A stretch of 62,316 bases of DNA from the NCBI GenBank assembly GCA_030167865.1, contig JALAGF010004023.1, positions 62,001 through 124,316 on the forward strand, given 5' to 3'. Below, piece after piece: positions 50,633 to 62,316 of this stretch. The stretch is from Craspedostauros australis (Eukaryota). The notes below the pieces were generated by a model. It ran no database searches and was not told where the DNA came from. It saw only the letters and a list, made by a program, of their open reading frames with translations. Position 1 is the first letter of the stretch. Each line of letters starts with the position of its first letter. A program made the translations under genes and the position numbers.

Positions 50633-52779
50633 TCACCTCGTCGATTGCGGTTCAGCACGCGGCTGCAATCGCGTCGTGGAGAAACTCGCTGCGATGACAT
50701 TCTGCGGCAGCGAGATGTCCGCGAAGGAGTCATCGCTGGCGTAATGGCCGGAGATGCTGCGACGGCGCGTGGGTTTCCACATGGTGAGACCGGTGTGGTT
50801 GCTCATCCGCAGGAACCCGGCTCGGCTTCTTGCCGATTCCATGAGGTCGTGCGGACGTGAGGAGCTACCTTGCAGACCAAAATGTCCGCTCATTCCGGTT
50901 CGAAAGTCGACACCAACGGTCTGGATGGGACGCTCGCGCATCTCTCGCCAGACTTGGGTGGTGGGTGGGGTGGATGGGGGCCGCGCGATGTAGCCCGATC
51001 TTGGCCTCGCTGCCGGTGTTGTGGAGGGGAGCACGGGGAGAGTGTTGGATCTGAAAATTTGCTGCTGATGGGCGGGCGCAGAGCTGTTGCTGGAGGATGT
51101 TGAAGCAGAAGACGAGCTGCCTGGTGATGCTGAACCTGTGGATAGCAGGATCTGTGATGAGGATCCGCTTCCTTGCGATGCACCGAGGGCATCCGCAATG
51201 GGCAGCTCAGGAGCATACGTGGGAAGGCTCGGTGTGCTGGGCATGACGGTCCGGAAGACCTCCGCGGAACAGAAGAAGCTGGGCGAGTCTTCAGGCGGTG
51301 ATTGCGGTGGTTCCGTGAACCTGGGCTTGAGCGGCGTCTGGTCCGAGACGGAGTTGCCGCTTGAGTTCCAGCTCTGTGTGAAGTCTTCCTTCTCTTCCGC
51401 GACGGATGCTTGCTCTTCTGGGACGTTGCCAATGGCGCTGCTGATGCTGCCATCGGCATCTTCATCGTTCTTGTGGCTGGATACGACGATGGTCATGTCT
51501 TCATCCTTGACCAACGATGACTGGAGCTCTTTCATCGTTGACTCGAAGCGGCTTTCGATGTCTATTCTGCTCTGCTTCAACTTGCGATTCTGGATTGACA
51601 GTGATCGCAGGAATGCTTCTAGTCTGCAGGCCTTATCGAGTGGGTTGCCAACTGTTGCAGCAGTGATGGAGAGCGAAGTGCATGAAGAGAGAGAGAAAGG
51701 ATAGGAGGGGCAGATGAAGAGGTTAGTGAGTGATATGAAATCGCGATCGAAGCATATGTTGGGGTACCATCAACATGCTACGAGTATGGAGAAGGTCACG
51801 ACAACACCTCACAGCGATGTATCGCATCGCATCACATCATGGCAATCAAAGCGCACTCACCTTTGACCAGCTGACTCTTGTCACATCGCAAGTAGCCATA
51901 GCCTCTCGCGAGCTTGGCCCAACCTCCTTGGATTGCCACAATCTGAACCCTGTCACCGCAGTTCAACTTGGTGACTGGTTCCTTGACGACCGGGGTTGTT
52001 GCGTTGCCACCATCCGACTCATTGTCTACTTCGACACCCTCCCTATCCTCCTTCGAAGGCGAGTGCTGGATCTCCAGCTTGTTCTCCAGATGGAAGTACC
52101 GCACTAGACTGTCGACGTCCTGTTCCGACACCGAAGTCTTCTGGCAATCACATGCACCGCCATCGTCGCAATCGCTGCCCGCATCAGTGTCCTTCGGAGT
52201 CACAAAGCCTGTGGGATAGATCTCCAGGCCTTGCTTCGCTGCAACTGCGTAGGTTCCAGACTCGCCGACGGCCATCGATGCCCCCTGCCGGATCTTCTGT
52301 TCTTCAATGTCATCGGGATCCGTCATGGCAGCATCCAAGGACTCGGATGAGCCCGTCAGAGACTGCTGCTGCTGATCCGACTCCGTGATATCCTTGCAGA
52401 CCAAATCACCCGCTTCCATCAGCGACAACAGCACGGCGTTCTTGGGCAGCGGCAGCCGCCGCTTGATGGGTGGCTGCGGCGCCGTCTTGGGCGTCACTGG
52501 ATCGTGATGAGGATATCGCGGCGATCGCGTCGAGTACCGACTTGAGGAGTAGAGATGGTAGCTGGCCGCCGTGTTGGAGTCGTCATGGTTCTGATTGTTG
52601 AGCTTGGCAGTGCGCGGGATCGTCATGTACAGCGGCGTGCGGCATTCCATGCACTTGTCCAAGCGTTCGGCGCACATCTTGCAGACGTAGGTGTGACCGC
52701 ATGGCAGCACGACGGGGTGGCGTTTCTCCGCATCGAATCCTTCGAAGCAGATCATGCAGTGGAATGAGACGTCCTGCAT
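50633..52779 (-). CDS. RING-HC finger protein with SH3-like domain, coiled coil and disordered tail (putative E3 ligase); 2 exons
   Basis: Exons 52779-51861 and 51651-50633; intron GTGAGT...CAG, 209 nt, phase 1. CMIC...PVVLPCGHTYVCKMC...CMECR; KLNCGDRVQIVAIQGGWAKLARGYGYL. Confidence 0.85.
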
Positions 52780-54427
52780 CGTGATGGTTGTGTTGCGATT
52801 GCTTGTTGGCTGTGGCTATTGGCTGTGGAGGTACTCTCTGTTTCTCGATGCGTACGTAAGCGCACACGTGCTACTATGCGTAAGGTGCGTTGAAGTGATG
52901 TGATGGGTGCTGAGAATGAATTTGTGACCTGCGAAAGTGGGAAAGTCGAGGAGAGGAGACTACCACACACTGTCTGAATACACTGGCTGAACTCTTCTTA
53001 TGAACTGCTCCGCTCTTCAAGGATCTGCGTGATGCATGTGACGATGTGGTCTGCTTTCCTCTGCTCTATCTGCAAGTATTATATGAGAGGTATGAGACGT
53101 TTGGTATAAGATGTCTGTCTGGTGTGATGGGGTTTGGAATGTCTTGTGTGACTTCGAACTATTATTACCAATGCGACGCTGCAAGCAGTGGAGGCACAGC
53201 AATCAAGAAAGCTTGTGTTCCACAATGGGTCAACGATGATGTTCGTTGCACAGTTGTCTTGTTGGCTCTGGGGCGATTCGTGTGGCAGAGCGTTGCGGAG
53301 TGAGGTTCCTTCGCAGTTGACCGACTCCAGTGTTCTCCTCCGTGCTATTTGCTCCGTTCTACGCTCTGTCGGTTCCTTGCCACCGCTGATTCGTACCAGA
53401 AAGCGAAGACATTCGGACGGAGGAGTGGAAGAGAGCGCACAAGGTGGCGGACTTTGCGTTTGGCCTTTCAACGAGCAACCTCCCGTGCTGTGGTGCTCGT
53501 CCGGCGTGGATAACGATGGAGGTTCCCAAGACCTGGACACACGTATGTCGTCAGAGCGGCATAAGTACACCAAATCTCCTACCAGTAAACCACGATGTCA
53601 ACTGTGCGTTTCATGTCCCTCCACAAGAATCTCTCCGGTTCATCACAACGGTAGCGCCGGCCTGCGCGCTCTGAACAGATGCGCCTATCCCACAAATGTC
53701 TTCGCGGACTGGAATTTAGCCCGCGATGCGTGTGGCGTATCATAGTTTTGATTACGTCTCCAATACATCATAACATCTTTATTTATGAACACTCGAGCCA
53801 GGCCATTCGTGCAGACATAGCGAGCCGGTACATCTTCAAGTCGTCACGAAATCCTTTTTGGCATCCTGTTCGTACGAACATTTCTTGCGTTGGACACAAT
53901 TCCTCGTACGAGTGCCAACCCGAACTTCCGCGTCACTACGCGACGCCGTGCACATCACAAATAGAACACCATCTTGTCCGTACGATCGCACTTTGGTCGA
54001 TGCGCGCATTTTCTGCTGCCATCACAACAACAATGACAGCAAACAAGACATGCATCCGTGAGTTGCGTTGGTGAGATTTTTGATGGAGTATACCCAGGTC
54101 GGACGACACATCGCCCAGAGAGTGTTAGTACGCACTTGTTGGAGTGTATTGGCATCCGTACTGCATGAGACTGCAATGATGGGAGTATCATGCTGTGCGA
54201 CTCATCGTCGGAGCGAGTTGCTATTCTGAGCTACTATTGGCTTTAACTGCTCTACTCTATCGGTACACACTCTGCTCGACTCAACCCAACCCTACTCCGC
54301 TCCATTCTCCGGATTTCTGGCTGATTCATGTGTGAGTCCTGACAGGATGCTCAGCACGCAAGATCGAGATCGGATGCGGAAGACCTTTCCCATGAGCAGA
54401 AGGCGACGTTCGCAAAGGCATTGCCAA

Positions 54428-57400
54428 TCACGGGAACGAAAATTTGGACTGAAGTGAAGAGATGGCGATCGCGAAAGCTTGGATGGCCGTCAAAGGGTGA
54501 TTGTAGTCCATGGTGAATGCGTGACGTCCCTGAATGCGACCGAATTGCAGCATGATGTACTCCTGATCGTTCGGATCGCACAGCTGGAAATTCTTCACCG
54601 ATGCCAAGCTCACGCGCCCACCGAAGTTCAAAACGAACGACTGGAGCTCGTGGTTCCACCATGGAGGGCGGTTCTGAAGTGCCAGCAAGCCAAAGTCGTC
54701 AGGAGGCGCGTACGTGTTGACCTCGTTCGACAGTTGCCCGCCTTTCAACACCTCCTCCTCTGTCGAACGGCCGTTGTCTTGACCGTTGCCCTGACCCTGC
54801 TCATTTCTGTGACCGTTGTCATTGCCGTTCCCAGCAGCGGCGTTGTTGTTGTTGTTATTATCGGCCGTGGCGCCGGCTTCGTCTGCCGCGTTCATGCGCT
54901 GCTGCAGAACCTTGAATCGGTTCAGCATCCTGCTTGTTGCTGGTGCGGTCTGATCCATATCCGTGCCATGCTGCAGATACGTCTTCCACTCGACTCCTGG
55001 AGCGCCATTCTTTGCCACGCGCGGGATGCACACATCCATGATCCTTGGCCGGCTTCCCAACAGATTCGCGGTGTACGTGATGGCCCCATCCTCCTCCTCC
55101 ACATACTCGTCCTGGGCCTTGCGTTTGCTGTCCTTCGTCGGAATTGAGTTATTCGCAACGGCCCTCTTGTTGCTGCGTGACGATCTCATGTTTCCGGAGG
55201 ACCTGCTGCGTCGCAACGATCGTCGTGGTGATAGTGACGACGATCTAGACGTCGATGCATTCGTCGATGACGGTGATATCTCTTCGATCGTCTTCGTGCT
55301 GTCCTCGCCGTGGTGGTGATGGTGCTTGTGATGTCTGCGGAAATTCATGCGACGGCGTCTGCTGGCCACGGAGGGCGTGCTGTCGCTCATCGCGCCGCTG
55401 CCATACCCATCCTCATCCTCCGAAAGCACCAGGCTGTTTGCGATCGACATTGGATTCGCCTGGCTCCGTTCTTTCGCCCTTGGCTTAACGACTTGCGGGC
55501 GGAAGATCTGGAACTCGGTGCCGATAAAGTTGCTCTGCAACCGTCCAAGGAAGGACGGAGACGATGGTGATGGCGAGGCAAGATTCGACGACGCCTTTTC
55601 AAACTCTGTTGGTGCCGTCTGCGTTGCTGCATTCGACGCGGTTCCTGCTGTGCTTGACGCCGCCGCTGCTGTCGTGGGTGATGCCACGGCCGTTGCTGCG
55701 ACCGCTGCGGTATTGGGTGTCACCAACGACGTCTTCAAAACGCTGGCTCCTGCACCTCGTGATGTTGGATTTGCTCCATTCGAACAGTGGTACGCACGCG
55801 CCTCGTCGTCCAGTCCTTCATTGACTGCGTCGAAGTGATCTCGCACGTCCTGCTCCTGCGGCAGACAAAGCAGAAAGTTGTTGGCCGCCTTCTTGTTGCT
55901 CTGTTTGGAATTCTTGCGACCGCGGTATCTCGCCACCATCAGCAATGTGTCTTTCCTCGGCTTCTGCGACTCCTCTGACTCGTCCATGATCCTGTGCCGG
56001 ATGAACAATCTGTACTCGTACGTCGGGAACAGACGCTTGATGCTGACGCCCTTCTTCTTCGAGTTCAACTTGATGCGCTCGATCTCGCATTGGATGGTGC
56101 CGATGGCTTTGGGACATGGCTTCGAGAGGAACTTGTGAACGTTGCACAACCGCGGTACTGGAGTGTGACGGTCATAGTAATGGATGCCGGCTGTTTGCGG
56201 CAGGAACTCGTCCCACAGATCAAGCATGCAATCGTCGATGTCGCCGCTGTCGCCCTTGGAAATCAGCGACTTCAGTCTGCGCTTGTACGCCGTGCAGCGA
56301 GTTTGCAAATGGCTGCACACCTCTCTGTGCCGCTGGCCGGATTTGTCCTTGTCCAGGATCATGTGCTCCAGGTTGATCGAGTTGGCGCTGTAGAGCTCCA
56401 AATCGACGTAAGAGAGGATGTAGTTGTAGTTGATCGCCGAGATCTGAAACGGGTCCATGACAGCATCTCGCATTGACGGAGGGAACGGTATTCCATGCCC
56501 GTTCTCATTACCATGACCCTGCTGCTGTTCCATGTCACCTTGGTGGTGAAACATGGGTTCAACGCGATCGCCTTCGCTGTCATCATCATCCATCATGGGT
56601 TCGGATCTGGTGCCTTCCGTGCTCGCTGGCTCGACGGCGGCGGTGTCCAACGGCTCTTGACCGATGAGGTCTCTCAATTCGATTTCCGGCGGCATCATGC
56701 TGGCCGGGTCCAACCCGATGGTGCTCTCCGCGTTGTAACCATTCCATGCCTCATGGACGATCCCGCTTTCGACGGAACGTGGCGTCGGCGGAGCAGACGT
56801 GGCGCCGATGCCTCCTGCTGTTGCCGATGCCGAGCGTGCGTTGATCCTGGTCGGGAACAAAGGGTTGAAGAAGTCGGCTGACAAGTTGACGGGCGGCGTC
56901 ATCATGGCCCCAGTACTATCATCCACGCTGCGATGCCCCAGCAGGTGCTGATCAAGCAAGTGGCGATGCATCTTGACCTTAACCTTTGGTGTGTGCAGGC
57001 CCAAGTCCGAAAACGAGTTGGAACGCCCTCTTCTGCGGAGCGATGACATGCCAGCAGCATTGCCGTGATCGGTCGTCATAGTGGATGGAATGTGACGCAA
57101 GGCGCTGTGCATGCGATGCAGGTGAGATGGATGTGCATGGTCGTGTTGCAGCGGGGGGAAATCGGTGCTTGGGTGGTGTTCGGTCGCCATGCCACCATCG
57201 AGTGCGGCTGGGAAGAGGATGCGGTTCCTCGGCATGGCTGCTGGTTCGTTGGCTGCCACGAATAGCTCCCTCTGTCGGCTTTGCGACATGTGGAAGGCCT
57301 CCTTGGCCCTGGCGTTGTTGTTGATGAAGTGGAGCGACTTTTCCTCCAGGTACGTCATGAACTCCAACATGGCCTGGTCACGATCGGCAGAATCTCGTCT

Positions 57401-59429
57401 CTCCCTGTAGAACACATCGATTGGGTTGCTGGAACTGTCCTCGCTTTCACTCTCGCCATCGTTATCATCGTCTCCATCATCCCGAGTTCCTTGATTTGCG
57501 GTGCGGGCAGTATCATTCACAGTGCTGCTGGTGCTGTTTTCGGCTGTGCTGGTGTCATTCACAGCAGCCAATCGTTGCATCTCCTGCACTTCAATGGCCA
57601 TTCTCCACACCATCGTGTGGTAGGAATGCCCCAAGGAATGTGGATATATCGGAACGCCCGCAGCTATGTACAGCGACGCCAATTCCTTCGCATCTGCATG
57701 CTGGCCAAGCTTCTGCTCGCATCAAACGGAGTTGAGTGATGTGTGTTGGTGTTGATGTGAGGACAGCACGATGCATCATGACGTGATCATTGCACGATGG
57801 ATGAAAGAGCATAATGAATGCAATGAAACAAAGCAAAGAAGAGAGCGGCATGGCAAGAGGAAGAAGCAGGCGTGAGCAACGATGCCATGTGCGTGTTGTG
57901 TCCTGCGTCGCTGGCATGGCGAGTTGTGAAGGATGTACCGTACCATACGAGTGATGCACGAAACAAGTATAACGACTTACCCATGCTGTGATAACTTCAA
58001 TGGCGCAACGAAAGGCGTGCATACGTATACGACGCAGAATCTCTTTGCAAATCCGATGGGACCCGTAGCTTGTGCATCCGAAGCTGCACCAGTCGCTGGG
58101 AGAAAGGAAGGATGCGATGCTGTGCAACGGATCGAACGGCAGACACAGCAGGAGCGATGGTGGTGGTTGTGTTGCTGCCGCCACTGCGGTTGCGATGGAG
58201 TCCATAGTAATGTTCGTTTGTCGCGTTGTGGCGGTAGCGGTGGTGGCTGTTGATGCTGACGACATGGGCGATTGATGTGCATGCATGCTCATATTCATGT
58301 TCATGTTCGTGCTGTTGATGGCATGAGTGTCTGATGCAGGGTGGTATGGATGCATTCTGCTTTGATGTGTGTGTGGTGGCGTTGATGATGACGAATGAGT
58401 CTGCAAGCGTGCTTCGAGACCTGCCGGAGGTGGTGATAGAGGCCTCGGTGGTGGATTCGTATTCATATTTGTATTCAGGTCCATACTCGCCATCATCGCT
58501 GTGGTTTCGCAGACAGACACCTCGATGGAGTGCGGAGTGGTATCGTTGTTGGCGGCAACGATGATATTCGCTGGATTGATCTTCGACGGACTTGTGGTGT
58601 TGGCACTTGGGACCGGTTCAGTTTCTGCAACCTCCGAATCGGTGTTTGTGGTGAGTCTCGTGCCTCCAGAAGCCGCCTTCGCAGCCGCTTCATCAGCTGT
58701 TCCGGCATTCGCTCGTGGTTGCTGCGGAAGCTGAGGTGTGTCGTCGCCTTCCGCGACATTATCGCCGTCCTTGTCACTGGCATTGTCTCCGTTCTCGCTG
58801 AGACCTTTGTCAGCTGGTTCATCTATGCCGTTACCACTAACATTGTCTTTGCCAGCATTGTTGTCAGTGGTGTTGTCACTGATGCTGTCACTGATGTTAT
58901 CCTCGCCATCGCTGGAAGTTGGATCGATGCCTTCACCCATCTGCTTGGTGATGTCAGCAACTGGAGTCTTCTGCAGATTCTCCTTGATCTCCTGTTCACA
59001 GACGTCCGTGCAATCATGACCAGTGCTAGCCTCGACCGCCATGGTTGCTTCTGCTTCTGCTTTTGCTGCTGTTGTCGCCAATGTTGTCAACTCCTCTGTC
59101 TCTGTGCATTCGGGTTTTAACTCAGCTCCGGAATCAGAGTCAGAGCGAGGCACGAACGAGAGTGGGGGCGCTGCTGCTGTTGCTGCTACCGCCCCTGTGT
59201 TCGTTTCGAGCTGCGCATCCTTCCCAACGGTAACCGGCGCTTGCGTCTGTGTTTGCGGTCGTGTTGCTCCGCCTTCATCATGTGCACAATCGATGCTCTC
59301 TTTGTTGTTGCCGTTACTGTCACCGTTGTTGTTGACATCCGGAACAGCAACCGCATCGTTCGTGTTCATGACGCCTTCAGCCGTGTTGGTGGCGCCCCCG
59401 GCTGTCTCGTTGTCCTCCTCGACCGTCAT
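54428..59429 (-). CDS. Tubby-like protein with F-box-like motif (~1577 aa); 2 exons
   Basis: Exons 59429-57981 and 57712-54428; intron GTAAGT...CAG, 268 nt, phase 0. Tubby motifs TIQCEIER, FPTY, LGRLQSNFIGTEF, ITYTANLLGSRPRIM, LQNRPPWWN, LNFGGRVSLASVKNFQL, LQFGR, FTMDYNHPLTAIQAFAIAISS; F-box-like LLCLPFDPLHSIASFLSPSDW. Confidence 0.9.
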
Positions 59430-60339
59430 TGCCTCCTCCTCTTCTCGTTGCTGCTTGGGCTTGTGCTGTTTGTGCTGATGCTTCTGCTGCAATCCAACCA
59501 CTGCTTCGGCTGCCGACAGTGGCGATGATGACAATGATGACGGCAACGATGATGATGATGATGATGCAAATACGACTGTTCTGACTTGCGCTTCGTCCGG
59601 CGATGGGGCGGCAGCGCGCACAGATGGTCTGTGGCAACCAGGGTTCCTCCTCCGGCCCCCGACAGAATGCTCTCTCTCTGCGCTTCTGTGTGTGTGTCTT
59701 GCGAACAGCGTCACGCCACCGCGCCTTGCTGATTCGAAACGGTCCAAACTGCAAAACCTGCACGAAGAGGCGACACAGACAAGCACCAATGGTCAGTTGA
59801 TTCCGCCTCTGCGCACACGACAGAAGCACAAAGAACATACTTTGCGAAGAATGCCCTGTCACACGATGCCTGCCTTGCTTGTCCGTCGGCAATGAAGCCT
59901 TTTTCTTTCGCCCGTGTCCGCTCTTTGTGTTGCGTCTGTTGTTTGGTTTTGTGTTTGGCTTGATGGTTTGAGTTTGTCACAAGGACGTGTCTGCGACGCA
60001 TTCTTGGATTAAGCGTCTCACGAAGGACACAGTGAACGGACGGTTCGCGCACTTTCTGTAACCGTCCACGACATCACGCTTAACGACCGACACCTGGCCA
60101 ACTCGTGTTTCGGCATGTGTTTGCAGCGCGCTGACGACAAACACCCCCTGGCGCCAAACCTCAAAAGTCGCCACAAACATGCGCAAACAATGGCGCGATA
60201 CCATACGACTACATCGCCTGTGCAACTACTAGTAGTAATAAAAAATAGCCAAACCACGTACGAATATGCCGGTGTCACGAAACGAGAACTCGTCCAACAA
60301 GGAAAGATCCGCACGGCGCCAGCATGCTGAGTTGTCGCA

Positions 60340-61560
60340 GGATACTGAAGACAGAAAGAGAGAGAGAGAGAGGAGGCATCCTCCCTCTCTGTTTCTGCCT
60401 CTCTCTTGGCCATCACCAACATCATTTCTCTCCCATCACAATCATGACCATTGTCACCATCAACATCACAACACCGACACAAAGAGAGAAGCAAGATCCT
60501 GCAAATGCTTGTGCAGGAGGGTTAGTAGTAAGAAAGAGGAAAGTCAGATGGAAGGATACTTCACCTCTCACTGTCCGCAACACTGAATTCAATTGCATCC
60601 ACTTGAATTCAATTGTATTGAACTTGATTCTTTTGTTCGTTTGTTGGAGAGAGAGAGAGAGAGCAATAGGGCAAAGCATCAAACTCCCAATCAGAAAGTA
60701 CTCTACTCTGACCCAATCAACCAACAAGCAGAGCAAAGAACTCCACACCACTCTGTCCACTTGTGAAAAGACGTTGAGAGGTCCAATATGCAATGTAAAA
60801 CTCTCCACATGTGGTCTTGCTCATTGTGCACCTGAATGACACCATTGTTGTCATTATGACTGTTTATGAAATAGCGTTGCGAATCAACCACTGATCAAGG
60901 CTCTGACAACAACAATGGCAAAAACAACAGCAATTGCAGAATAGATTCACCTCTCATTGGTGGCAAGGTCTAAGAGACAGCAAAAGAGAAAGGAAGAGGA
61001 AGTGCCACAGCAAACACAACCTCAAGTGCAAGCAGAGAGAAATGTCACAAGAATTCTGGACAATGGATCAGCACATCACCCAACCTGAACCTTGGCTATT
61101 TGTCCAAACTGCCCCCAAGAACTCAGTTGCTGTTGTCAATCATCAGTACCACCAAAGCAGCCAGCACAGCAATCAGAATGCTTGTCACAACCAGTGCATC
61201 CCTCATCACCAACAACAGAATAACAACGCCTCAGTGTTGAGGTTGCCTGTTGATTGGATCCAGGTTGAACACAACAGCAACAGCACAAGTGGAATTGGAA
61301 GTGGAAACACTAGTGCCAGAGACAGTCAAAGTCAAAGCCCCAGCCACATGTGGAGCAAGGACAATCACACCCAATGGAGCGGAACCACAACCAGCAGTTG
61401 CAAGAGCATCGCCTGTCAGCGCCAGCATGTGGAGCATTGCAAACATCATCAACAGCATTGTATCATATGCTGCCAGAAGGACTTGGAACAACTGCTGGGT
61501 GAGACCTAATAGACAGCCTTGTTTGGAGCTCGTTCATGGAACAGGAAAGTGTTGAATGTT
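60340..61560. other. CpG-depleted, CA/TG-rich island; probable methylation-decayed repeat or pseudogene
   Basis: Hand count of 9 CG dinucleotides in 60481-61500, versus several per 60-nt line just upstream and through most of the window. Confidence 0.65.
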
Positions 61561-61842
61561 GGCACCATTGAGTGGTGGCGCTCAACCCGCTTCACTGCAA
61601 GCTCTGCCATGAACTTGTGCACCCTCAGTGTGTGTTGGCAAGTTCCGCTCACGGAAGTCCACAATCGTGGAGGGTGGTGTTGGTTGATAGTCGTTCGTTT
61701 GCTATTTCATTACTTGGCTACTCCGATCCTCTTGGTGTACACCAGTTCTCTTGCCCAATGCTCTTGGCGCTTCAATCTGTCTTGTAGATTTGGTCTCCGA
61801 CTATGAGTCGGTACGCGAGATCCTCTCTCGCTCCTCTCTGTA

Positions 61843-61862
61843 TTCTCTCTCTCTCTCTCTCT
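61843..61862. repeat. (CT)n microsatellite
   Basis: tctctctctctctctctctc read directly; a (GA)n tract also lies at about 60648-60663. Confidence 0.85.
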
Positions 61863-62316
61863 GTCTCAGCATCGCGTGCTTCGTGCTACGCGATACTACA
61901 TGTTCGATGCGTACTCCGCATTCGACACTCTGTTCATTCAGTACTGGTTCCTACTCCATGAGTACTTACCATTTGAAGTTCACCTTCAGTATCCATGATC
62001 TTGATGCCCTTCGGTCATCGGATCTTTGCCTCCTGCTCTGACTTGGAGACAGATGTCAACATGGTGACACGATGACATCCTGTTGACGTCAGTAGGCGTC
62101 CTTCTGCTCTCCAGATGTCACGTTCCATTGGTGATGCAGTAGTCTGTCAGATGATATCGTCATCTGATGTTTAGTTGGGAAGTACCTCGAGATTCTCTTG
62201 GTACCATTGATGGATGGACGGACGATCTTCTAATTAGAGGCCTATCGCATTTCACATTGGGAGTCCCACGGTACAAAATAACCTGATAATGACATTTTTG
62301 GAGGGGCAACATGCGA

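Noticed and set aside
52900..52950. GGGTGCTGAGA...GACCTG, resembling part of a TPP riboswitch
   Set aside because: Lacks the P3-P5 pairings and the CUGAU/UAAU elements, and is not next to a thiamine gene.
60915..61270. In-frame stops being one C>T step from sense codons as proof of pseudogenisation
   Set aside because: Every stop codon is one C>T change from CAA, CAG or CGA, so this is uninformative; only the CpG depletion was kept as evidence.

Overview
Gene-dense eukaryotic nuclear DNA with GT-AG introns. It is almost certainly a diatom: it carries a fucoxanthin-chlorophyll a/c light-harvesting gene and bipartite 'AFAP/TAF' plastid presequences; species not determined. I built about 23 gene models by hand, several spliced and therefore split or missed by the ORF track. 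In order: a partial repeat/coiled-coil protein, SOS1-type Na+/H+ antiporter, RPL27A, PCIF1/CAPAM-like cap methyltransferase, plastid POR-like SDR, PRPP synthetase, NOP16, SIRT6-like sirtuin, PIS-like CDP-alcohol transferase, a secreted Cys-rich protein, PCID2, an RPA2/STN1-like OB-fold protein, ADAT1, a small tail-anchored ORF, a large disordered protein, an Lhc/FCP, homocysteine S-methyltransferase, DBP2/DDX5, an Elongin A-like protein, a 3-repeat MYB, SEC13, a RING+SH3-like protein and an F-box+Tubby protein. No rRNA, tRNA, CRISPR array or intact mobile element was recognised. I found no coherent new multi-gene system. The best leads are single-locus: (1) a POR-like NADPH oxidoreductase with an apparent twin-arginine thylakoid-lumen signal; (2) an Elongin A-like protein whose TFIIS-N domain appears inserted inside the Elongin A domain; (3) a 1.48 kb outlier intron in DBP2 holding a candidate poison exon; (4) a catalytically intact, WW-less PCIF1; (5) a PRPP synthetase with mitochondrial presequence plus membrane anchor; (6) a sharply CpG-depleted ~1.2 kb island near the window end. 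All family assignments rest on motif recognition by eye; no database search was run.
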